Origin: a virus
Taxonomy: Duplodnaviria; Caudoviricetes
Length of the DNA: 64,000 nucleotides
Virus record (IMG/VR): IMGVR_UViG_3300005444_000009
Location: 2,191 to 66,190 of that record
Direction: 5' to 3' (one strand)
Under the pieces are notes generated by a model that made no database searches, was not told the origin of the DNA, and saw only the letters and a program-made list of their open reading frames with translations. A program made the translations under genes and the position numbers. Numbering within the stretch: the stretch's first letter is position 1; each line of letters starts with the position of its first letter. This document shows positions 1 to 7,689 of this stretch, piece after piece.

Positions 1-228
1 CCACGAGCCCCACCTGAAGTCAGGCCAGCACGTCTGCCGACACGGCCGCAGCTTCACCTCACACACGCTAAAGCGCTGTGCGGTAAGGTGATATAGAATC
101 TCAGACGCCGCGGCGACGGCGACACCACTTACCGCGGCGGCACCCGTCTCGAGTAGCACGTTGCACTCGCCACCTGGCCAGGTCGGCGTCCACGCCTGGC
201 AGGGCCCCCAGCTGTACGTATCAGCCAC
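1..228 (-). CDS. Head-to-tail adaptor, N-terminal part (runs off window edge)
   Basis: Not in ORF track. GTG at 228 with GGAGG SD; reads MADTYSWGPCQAWTPTW...AASEILYHLTAQRFSVCEVKLRPC, like actinophage adaptors; lies downstream of the major tail gene. Confidence 0.65.
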   Translation of the reverse strand, partial: MADTYSWGPCQAWTPTWPGGECNVLLETGAAAVSGVAVAAASEILYHLTAQRFSVCEVKLRPCRQTCWPDFRWGSW

Positions 229-334
229 TTGAACACCTCCCTGAGCCAAATCTATGCCGTCTGAGACACCCGTAGACGGGCAAACGCCGGCAGCTGCGGC
301 GTTGCCGCTGGCCACCGGCGTTCAGCACCGTAGC

Positions 335-1018
335 TTACGTCAGCAGGAACGCGCCACACTGCGTCGGAACGGTAGGTGGCGGCGTCGTAGTGATGTTCCA
401 GAGCCAGTCGTCGATGTATGACGTCGTGTCGATCGCGCCCGGAAGCCACGACGTACCGGTACCCGGACCGTCACCCCACAACGAGGACGGGAAGTTCGTC
501 ATCGCCTCGGCGGACAACTCCAGGGGACCGTTCTCGATCGTAAACGAGCCGACCTTGGCGTTCCACACGTGTGGCCACGCCCAGTACACGTACCGCTGCG
601 CGCCGGTGATCGGATCACACTGACCTGGACCGCTCAGAGGTTGCCACGTCTCCAGCGAGAAGTGCGCCTCGGGGTTGTTGTAGCCGTAGGCACCACCCGT
701 GCCGGTGACCGACGCCGCGAGTAGCAGACGTGAGCCAAAGATGATGACCGACGCGTCCGGGTCGAGAACGCAGAGCTGGAGTGTCAGGTTCGAGTTTACG
801 TACTGGTTGGGACCCTGACGGTTGATGCACATCTTACCGTTGGCCTTCTTAGTACGAATCTGATCGCCGTCCTCGTACTGCGGCTCGGACTGGACGCTAA
901 TGTAGCCGTCCGTCACGACCACCGCGCTCGAGGCTCCGGTGACCGGCGAGCCGCACGTGTCGAGCTTGACTAAGCGCAGAACGGTACCCTGCGCAGCGGC
1001 ACCACACTGAGCTACCAT
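335..1018 (-). CDS. Major tail protein
   Basis: Start reassigned to ATG 1018 (AGGAG SD); MVAQCGAAAQGTVLRLVKLDTCGSP pattern of cluster-B-like tail tube proteins; follows the capsid genes. Confidence 0.7.
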   Translation of the reverse strand: MVAQCGAAAQGTVLRLVKLDTCGSPVTGASSAVVVTDGYISVQSEPQYEDGDQIRTKKANGKMCINRQGPNQYVNSNLTLQLCVLDPDASVIIFGSRLLLAASVTGTGGAYGYNNPEAHFSLETWQPLSGPGQCDPITGAQRYVYWAWPHVWNAKVGSFTIENGPLELSAEAMTNFPSSLWGDGPGTGTSWLPGAIDTTSYIDDWLWNITTTPPPTVPTQCGAFLLT

Positions 1019-1026
1019 GATGTCTC

Positions 1027-1926
1027 CTACGTCGCAGAGTTCCAGGTGCCTGTAATGACACCTCCGAGACTGACGGGAATCGCGAAGTGGCAGCAGTCCC
1101 ACATTAATGTAAACTGCTGCTCGACGATCAGCACCGTGTCATTGGTGCTGCGGCGCAGGATCTCACTCGCGTCTTGATCGATGAACATAGGTTCAGACTG
1201 CAGCATCTTCACGCTGCCCGTTGCGTAGATCCAGGTCGTACCCGCCGTAGGCGTCGCGCCAGCCGGTGACGTGCCTGTGTATCCCGGAGCTGGTACGATG
1301 ATTGAACCAAGCGGCGTAAGCAGTCGAGGGCCCTTCTTCTCCAAAACATGATTCGCCGCAAGGTGAACCCCGACGCCGCGCTGCATGTGAAGAATAGGTG
1401 TGCCGCTGTAGCAGTCGGCCATCGCCTGCTCGAGTCGACCGATGCCCTCGACGACGTCGACTGCACCTGTGACGATAGTGGTGGCCGCGGACTGAAGAGT
1501 AACTGTGGAGCCGCCGACAACCTCCGTGATTGCGGTGTCTTCGGCGAGGTGCTGTGACGTGTTGAAGTCGCCACCCGACCAAAACACACGCTCGACGATC
1601 GTCTGTGCGTTGTTGTTGTGCGCCGCTAGGGTTCGACGCCGCAGCTCTTCCATGCCCATGCCAACGAGTGAGCAGTCAACCCACGTGTAGACCGCGAACG
1701 AGTTCGAGGCCCGGTTACCCAGTGAGCCGGTGGCGGTCTTCGATGTACCAAAGCCGGTGACGCACTCCGTAGTCGTCTGCAGTGGGAATGAGCAGATATC
1801 AGGCGTGAACTGCACGCCAAGCTTCTGGTGTCCTCGATACGGATGTGGACCGTCGATCGCGTCGCGGAGCCGGTACAGCAGAGGCTCGAACTTCGGCGGG
1901 GTTACCCAGTCGCGGTTACTTACCAC
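1027..1926 (-). CDS. Second capsid protein, probable major capsid pentamer protein
   Basis: 299 aa directly downstream of the major capsid gene; same position and size as the Rosebush-type pentamer gene. Confidence 0.6.
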   Translation of the reverse strand: MVSNRDWVTPPKFEPLLYRLRDAIDGPHPYRGHQKLGVQFTPDICSFPLQTTTECVTGFGTSKTATGSLGNRASNSFAVYTWVDCSLVGMGMEELRRRTLAAHNNNAQTIVERVFWSGGDFNTSQHLAEDTAITEVVGGSTVTLQSAATTIVTGAVDVVEGIGRLEQAMADCYSGTPILHMQRGVGVHLAANHVLEKKGPRLLTPLGSIIVPAPGYTGTSPAGATPTAGTTWIYATGSVKMLQSEPMFIDQDASEILRRSTNDTVLIVEQQFTLMWDCCHFAIPVSLGGVITGTWNSAT

Positions 1927-1977
1927 CGGTCATCCCTCCTCTCCTGTACCGGTTCGCTGGGGAGTGGTGAGCAAGGC

Positions 1978-3657
1978 TTAGACGCCACACTCGGTGAGGT
2001 CGGCCGCGCCGGTCGTACCGTCCGGGCAGATGTTGACCGTCAACCTGCGCACCTCGTGGCCCGGGTTGAACATCAGCCAGCACTCCTCCATCCACTCCGC
2101 GGTAAAGTCGTTGGTCTGGTTGAGAACCGAGTCGCGGATGATGCCGAGGTCGAGGCGTAGACCCGTGCCGAGCACGACGGTGCCGGGCGCGAAGAGCATG
2201 AACTCGACGGTGGTCGGCCACGCGGTGGGAATCGTACCAGGAACGCCCGGGAAGCCCGCGGTGCGCTCCTGGTAGTCAGCGACCCACTGAATGCGAATGT
2301 TGATCGCGTCGAACAGCGACATCAGGTAGGCGTCAGTCGCCGCCAGCATGTCGGTACCCGAGCCCATGCGCCTCCGCAGGTCGGATCGCATCGGACCGCG
2401 GAGCCAGCGGGGCGCCACAACCTCGAGAACCGCGTCCTGGCACATCGAATACCGCGACCGATAGTCCGTCGCCTGCAGCTCGAGCGCGCCGAGCACGTTG
2501 GCGACGACGCCGGCGCTCGCCGAGCCGTTGGTGACGGTGAACGAGGCGCTGAAGGCCCTGAGCTCGTTGATGCGCGCTCGGTTGATCTTGCGGAAGTGCG
2601 ACACCATCACGAGGCGCGTGTGATTCGCGATGAGCTCCGGGTAGGAGTCGTTGGTCAGGTTGCCGACGGTAAGGCAGATGCCGTCACAGTGGAGGCGAGC
2701 CTCGTTGAAGCCGGGACACGGCACTCGACCGCAGGTCTTAACGCCGGACTGCGCGGTACCAGTGACGGCCGCGATGTCTTGCGTCTCCGTCCAGGACCAG
2801 AGCGCGCCACCAAGCACGACGTCGGCAAACGACGGCGAGGTGGGCCAACGAAGGCCGCCACGGTTGATGCCGACGGTCGGCAGGTCGAGCGCGCCGTCCT
2901 CACAGACGATGTTGAAGAAGTCGTACGAGATCTCGGACGGAGAGCACCAGCCGCCGGCCGCGACGAGGATGTCCGGGTTCGCAGCTGCCGTCATGACGGC
3001 GTTGAACTCGGCCAACGTCGAGTCCGGACCGAGCGTGTACTTGTGGTCACGGATCAGCGAGGCGATCGGGATGCGCGGCGCGTCGAGGCCCCGCTGCGTG
3101 ATCGGCATGTGCTGCGCTCGCGCGGTCATCGCCGCTACGAGCTCCTCCATGCCGTCGAGCTTCTGTCCAGCGGCGAAGCCCGGGATGTCGGACGAGGCCG
3201 TCAGCACGGGCTCGGCGCGAGGAGCCGCGACGGCGGGCGCCTGGCGCTGCGCGTCGGCCAGCGACGGATTTCGGAAGTTACCCATCGGCCGAGGCTGCGT
3301 GGTCGCGCCGCCAACGTTGGCGGCCGCGGTGACGGGTTCGGCGACGGGAGCGGGCTCCGGCATCGGCTCAGGCTCCGGCTCGCGCAACTCGTCCATCAGC
3401 GCCTTGGCCGCGGTCTTCTTGTCGGTCGCCGCGGTAACCGCAGTCGCACGTCGCGTCTGCTCAAGCTTGACACGCTTGATGTCTCCGGCCAAGGTGGCCA
3501 TCTCGTCGGCCTCGGCAGCCTGCGTCGCTACGTCCGCGGTGTCACTCGCGAAGAGTGTGTCGAACCGCGTGTTTGCGGCCTCGACGAACTGAGTGAGCTG
3601 CTCAACGCTGAGGGCTGTGATGTCCTCAGGGAGGCTCGGAGTCTGCTGCTCAGGCAC
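1978..3657 (-). CDS. Major capsid (hexamer) protein with N-terminal scaffold-like domain
   Basis: 559 aa; helical Ala/Glu/Pro-rich N-terminus, then LVAAGGWCSPSEISYDF, the signature of cluster-B-like capsids. Confidence 0.85.
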   Translation of the reverse strand: MPEQQTPSLPEDITALSVEQLTQFVEAANTRFDTLFASDTADVATQAAEADEMATLAGDIKRVKLEQTRRATAVTAATDKKTAAKALMDELREPEPEPMPEPAPVAEPVTAAANVGGATTQPRPMGNFRNPSLADAQRQAPAVAAPRAEPVLTASSDIPGFAAGQKLDGMEELVAAMTARAQHMPITQRGLDAPRIPIASLIRDHKYTLGPDSTLAEFNAVMTAAANPDILVAAGGWCSPSEISYDFFNIVCEDGALDLPTVGINRGGLRWPTSPSFADVVLGGALWSWTETQDIAAVTGTAQSGVKTCGRVPCPGFNEARLHCDGICLTVGNLTNDSYPELIANHTRLVMVSHFRKINRARINELRAFSASFTVTNGSASAGVVANVLGALELQATDYRSRYSMCQDAVLEVVAPRWLRGPMRSDLRRRMGSGTDMLAATDAYLMSLFDAINIRIQWVADYQERTAGFPGVPGTIPTAWPTTVEFMLFAPGTVVLGTGLRLDLGIIRDSVLNQTNDFTAEWMEECWLMFNPGHEVRRLTVNICPDGTTGAADLTECGV

Positions 3658-3711
3658 AGGACAACCCTCTCGTGTGTGCTCTAAAGCTGGTGACCTGGCC
3701 CGTCGATTGCG

Positions 3712-3740
3712 ATACTACCTGACACTAAGCTACTTGTAAA
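3712..3740 (-). promoter_or_regulatory. Sigma70-type promoter for the capsid gene
   Basis: TTTACA-N17-TAGTAT, about 55 nt upstream of the capsid start. Confidence 0.55.
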
Positions 3741-3745
3741 AATTC

Positions 3746-3916
3746 CTACTCCGAGTTGGCGTTGCCGATCGCGTTCTGCGCCGACTGTGTGTACGTCTCA
3801 GCCTCACGCACCGCCTGCGCTGCCAGCGTCGCGAGCGCGAGCTGCGCGTCCGCCGCGTCCTGCGCGGCCTGCACGCTGGTAACCTGATCAGGTCGAGTAC
3901 GACCACATCCGCACAT
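3746..3916 (-). CDS. 56-aa head-module protein (MCGCG...)
   Basis: Not in ORF track. GGAGG SD; MCGCGRTRPDQ then Ala-rich helix; fills the gap between protease and capsid genes. Confidence 0.6.
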   Translation of the reverse strand: MCGCGRTRPDQVTSVQAAQDAADAQLALATLAAQAVREAETYTQSAQNAIGNANSE

Positions 3917-3918
3917 CT

Positions 3919-5928
3919 CTACCTCCCGAGTGACTTAGCCAGCTCCCGCTTACGCGACGCTGGATCACGACCGATGCTCTCCGCCAGCGCCTGCTTCGTG
4001 GACCGCACCAGCTGGTGCATGTCGACGCCCGCCGTCACCGGCGCATCGGTGAAGTTGACCGGCACCGCGGCCGCGGAGAGTACGCCGTCATTGTACAGCA
4101 CACTTGCCTTCGTCCTAGCGAGCGGAAAGCCCGGCACCGGCACGAGGTGAGCTGCGATGAACTCACGGATACCCGCGCGGTCAGGATGCGGCTGCACGTC
4201 CAGCGACAGGGCGCAGCCGAGCGCCTGCGCAACCTGGCTTGAGTCGGCCCCCGGGTTCAGCGCGCCTCCGACCCAGATGGCGCCGTCACGCGCGTAGCCG
4301 ACCCGGACGTTAGCCAGTACCGAGCACGAGTTATCGTAGTGCTCGATGCGGTCGTTGAGGGTGCCGTAGTTCTGCGTAGCCGCGTGACCGCAGCCGGCGG
4401 TGATGACTCCAGTAACAACCCTCTCACCTCCCTGCACGATGGTCTCGCCCTTGTGGAACCGGCTGAAGTCGAGGCTGCGCGGCACCTTAGTCTTGACGCT
4501 GCGGTGAGTCGTGTCGGCCGGCGCCACGATTCCGAACACGCGTCCCTCATCCGTGATCGTTAGCGCGCCAGTCGACACGACATCCGTGGGTTCATTGAAC
4601 CAGTGAGCGGGTGGCAGGTTCGGAATCGTGATCGTGTGCGACGACGCCGTTAGAACCGTCGAGTCGCAGTCGCAGTTCTCGGTCGGCTCGGCGGACGCCT
4701 TCAACGCGCCGGTGAAGCGGAGCTTCGCCTCGACGAACGCGGGGAACGGCACCATCGTCGCGCCACGGATGCGGCCGCGGTGAAAGATCGTGGTCTCGGG
4801 CTTAGCGAATGGGTTGCTTCCGTCCTCCGAGTCGGCGAAGACCATTTCGACATCGGCGTCCTTGACCTTGTCCACATCCACGGAGACGCCGCCAACGTTC
4901 ATCGTGTTGCGGATGCCGTCGCCGTGTTCGCCGGCCAGCGCTGAGCCGAACACGTTGCCCCAACCGTAGATCTCATTCGAGCGACGCGCAGCGTGCGTGA
5001 TCTCACCGACCGTGATGGAGCCGTTGTGTCCACCGATGTTCGCCGGCTGGTACTGCAGCGGCATCGGCAGTTCGGCCCAGTCGAGGCTACCCATGCCGAA
5101 CAGGCGACTGTCCCCCGACTCGACTCCCTCTACAACGAGCACACCCTCCCAAGGTTCATCGGCGTAGGTCTGCATCTCCTCAACCTTCTTTTTCTTACTG
5201 GCGGCAGTCAGCGCGAAGTCATTGTCATCTTCCTCGTCATAGTCGTTACTTTTACGATTAAGAAGTGAGTCATCATCCGCTACTGGAGGTCCCGGTTTAT
5301 ACTTCGCACGTCCCTCACGCGACAGTCGACTCTTCGTAGCCTCAAACTGATCTGATGTGACGTCTAGCATACCCTTCAGTGGGTTATCGACGAATTTTCC
5401 GTCTTTACCGTGTCGATGACCGTGATCATCAACGATGTCGAACGCCTCCATCACCGACCACCCATCAGGCAAGTTACCCGTAGCCTTGAGTTCACGTGCG
5501 CGCTTCTTAATAAACGTTAGCGCGCGTGCTCGATTCTTCGCTCGACCGATCGCCTGAATGGCATTACCTAGGTCCTTCGTGTTGCGGATTGGGTATGAAC
5601 CGTCGGGAAGTGCCTTACCCTCCTGGGCGAGGCGCTCGCGCTCCTCCTGGCTAATGTCCGCGAAGTAGATCAGCTCAGAGCCGCTCTCCACACCCTTCTC
5701 TGCGGGCCACTCACCCGTCGCAGCCTTATGGTACTCGGCGCACAGTCCCTGCGGCCGCGAGACGTGCCTGCCGAGCTGCGCCACGCAGCGTGCGAACGAG
5801 CCGTCGGTGCCCCACCCGATCTTAATGGCACCTGGACCGTGAACCCAGTAGTTGCGCAGGTCGTGTCCACCGCCCGGCGCGTTGACGTCACGCTCACGCG
5901 CGAGCTCCAGCTCGATGTCATCACTCAT
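3919..5928 (-). CDS. Capsid maturation protease with extra N-terminal domains
   Basis: Start reassigned to ATG 5928 (MSDDIEL). WEGVLVVEGVESGDSRLF...LPMPL protease core, preceded by a WGTDGSFARC...CAEYHKAATGEWP domain and an ALPDGSYPIRN...AIQAIGR domain. Confidence 0.75.
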   Translation of the reverse strand: MSDDIELELARERDVNAPGGGHDLRNYWVHGPGAIKIGWGTDGSFARCVAQLGRHVSRPQGLCAEYHKAATGEWPAEKGVESGSELIYFADISQEERERLAQEGKALPDGSYPIRNTKDLGNAIQAIGRAKNRARALTFIKKRARELKATGNLPDGWSVMEAFDIVDDHGHRHGKDGKFVDNPLKGMLDVTSDQFEATKSRLSREGRAKYKPGPPVADDDSLLNRKSNDYDEEDDNDFALTAASKKKKVEEMQTYADEPWEGVLVVEGVESGDSRLFGMGSLDWAELPMPLQYQPANIGGHNGSITVGEITHAARRSNEIYGWGNVFGSALAGEHGDGIRNTMNVGGVSVDVDKVKDADVEMVFADSEDGSNPFAKPETTIFHRGRIRGATMVPFPAFVEAKLRFTGALKASAEPTENCDCDSTVLTASSHTITIPNLPPAHWFNEPTDVVSTGALTITDEGRVFGIVAPADTTHRSVKTKVPRSLDFSRFHKGETIVQGGERVVTGVITAGCGHAATQNYGTLNDRIEHYDNSCSVLANVRVGYARDGAIWVGGALNPGADSSQVAQALGCALSLDVQPHPDRAGIREFIAAHLVPVPGFPLARTKASVLYNDGVLSAAAVPVNFTDAPVTAGVDMHQLVRSTKQALAESIGRDPASRKRELAKSLGR

Positions 5929-6169
5929 CTTCACTACCTCCGACCGCGGCGCGGTACGCGCCGCCGAGCTGAGCGTACTGCTTAGGTGTGAGGCGCGAGT
6001 CGTACTGCACCTCATCAAACGAGTTCTCCGCAGGCTCCGAGTCCTCGAGCGAGTTCTCGTCGACCTCGGCGCGCGGCTCCCAGCCAAAGTCGCGGAAGCG
6101 CGCGACGGTCTGACCAAGCGTAGTCCGGCCCTCGACCAGGGCATCAATCATGTCTGTGACTGCTGACAC
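5921..6169 (-). CDS. 82-aa acidic hypothetical protein
   Basis: Start and stop overlap both neighbours. Confidence 0.6.
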   Translation of the reverse strand: MSAVTDMIDALVEGRTTLGQTVARFRDFGWEPRAEVDENSLEDSEPAENSFDEVQYDSRLTPKQYAQLGGAYRAAVGGSEDE

Positions 6170-7689
6170 TACACCGCACCTTCCTTCGACACCAGCTTAG
6201 CAGGTTGGCCGTCAACGTCATTGCTGTACACAGCCCAGTTGTCGAAGGCGTTCGCCTTACGCAGCGACGAGAATCCGTGGCGCGTGTCAGCCGAGGTCAT
6301 CGCGTTCTGAATGTTCGCGGGAACGAATCGGCCGCCGAGGCCGTGTCCGCCGAGCCAGCTCTGCAGGTCCTGCCGGTAACGCTGCGCCACGCGCCGGCGG
6401 GAGGTCTCGTCGGAGACGTCGACGAAGATGCCGTCAACCCGCTTGTAGCCAGCCTCATCCATGCGCTTCACGCGGCTGAAGACGAGTCCTGGGTTAGCCA
6501 TCGTGCCGTCGAAAATGATGTTCTTGCGGTCACGAAACGCGCGATCGGCCAGCATGTCCGCGATTCGAACAGACTCACGGTGAACCAGCGTCGACCGCTC
6601 CATCGGCGAGAAGTCACCGGGTAGGTCCGGAACGAGGCCGCGTCTCGCTAGCTCATCCTTGATCTCATCAGGATCGATCTTGAGAAACTGGCTGAGGTCA
6701 ACTCCCGCCTGCTGCGTGATGACGGTAGACTTACCGGCGCCGGCGTTGCCGCCGAGCAGAATCGCCCGACCACCGTTCGGCACGTCGGCGGCCTTGGCGT
6801 AGAAGTCGTCAACGATCTCACGGTGAATCGCGTCGCGTTCGCGGCTCCAGACGCCGTTCTTATCTTGGTGCGTGAAGTTGGTACCGCTGTAGCGGTTCTT
6901 GTAGAGAGTCGACTCCAGCGCATGAACACGCTTCGCCAGATTCACGTCGCTGATAACGCGGAAGCCCTTGTACGGATTGTGGTCCTGCTGGTTGTGTTGC
7001 CCGGGAAGGTGGAACTCCTCCAGCGCGGCGGCCGTCAGCGACCCGAGCGGCACGTCGACGTTCTCTCCCCCGAAGGCGACACGCACACGGTCGAACGTCA
7101 CAGGACCGACGCGCTCGGCGGCCTGCGTGAACAGCTCGTGCGGGTGCTCGGAGTACGCCAGCGTCACGTGCGGTATCCACGGGCTGTGGTTCTCAGCGAT
7201 CGTGTAGTCGTCCGACTCTCGTACCTCGTCGAAAACGTTGTCGTGAAGCTGCTCGAGCTCCGCGCCGCCGTTCCCGACGCCGAGTACCAGGGCGGGCTCA
7301 TCACCTGTCGGGTTGAAGACGTTGACCGCAAACGCCTGCGCCTGGATCGGTCCAAGGCCGCTGGCAGCGTTCCGGACGACTCCTAGGATCTGATCCCGCT
7401 GGTCAGGCGTGAAGTTTGTCGCGTCGCCGAGGTAGACCAGCGTCAGGTGCAGCTGATCGGGATCCTCGAAGCCGTCCAGCGCCAGTCGACGCGCGTCCTC
7501 CTCGGTTGGCACCAGCGCGATCATTGCGCCGTCGTGCGTGTCAGCGGCCGCTACTGTGATCTTCGGTACGCCGAAGGTGTACGTGTCAGCTCCCGCGAGG
7601 AACGCAACTGCCTCAGCCTCGGTGAAGCCGGGCTCGTCGTCGATCAGCTCGAACTGGACGTTAGTCGGGTCACTCAGCGGGGTCGTCAC
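6169..7689 (-). CDS. 2H phosphoesterase (LigT/Acb1-like) fused to a zeta-toxin-like P-loop kinase
   Basis: Two HxT motifs (HLTLVY, HVTLAY); C-terminal GGNAGAGKST Walker A, IDPDEIK and FDGT motifs. Confidence 0.8.
   Translation of the reverse strand: MTTPLSDPTNVQFELIDDEPGFTEAEAVAFLAGADTYTFGVPKITVAAADTHDGAMIALVPTEEDARRLALDGFEDPDQLHLTLVYLGDATNFTPDQRDQILGVVRNAASGLGPIQAQAFAVNVFNPTGDEPALVLGVGNGGAELEQLHDNVFDEVRESDDYTIAENHSPWIPHVTLAYSEHPHELFTQAAERVGPVTFDRVRVAFGGENVDVPLGSLTAAALEEFHLPGQHNQQDHNPYKGFRVISDVNLAKRVHALESTLYKNRYSGTNFTHQDKNGVWSRERDAIHREIVDDFYAKAADVPNGGRAILLGGNAGAGKSTVITQQAGVDLSQFLKIDPDEIKDELARRGLVPDLPGDFSPMERSTLVHRESVRIADMLADRAFRDRKNIIFDGTMANPGLVFSRVKRMDEAGYKRVDGIFVDVSDETSRRRVAQRYRQDLQSWLGGHGLGGRFVPANIQNAMTSADTRHGFSSLRKANAFDNWAVYSNDVDGQPAKLVSKEGAV

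Noticed and set aside
2596-3684. Long antisense ORFs (362 and 313 aa here; also 30659-31336, 47409-48080, 61674-62528)
   Set aside because: They shadow well-supported genes on the other strand, have Arg/Ala/Ser-rich non-protein-like composition and no motifs; expected in high-GC DNA
5929-6147. N-terminal extension of the protease ORF in the track
   Set aside because: Overlaps the 82-aa gene; ATG 5928 has an SD and overlaps the upstream stop
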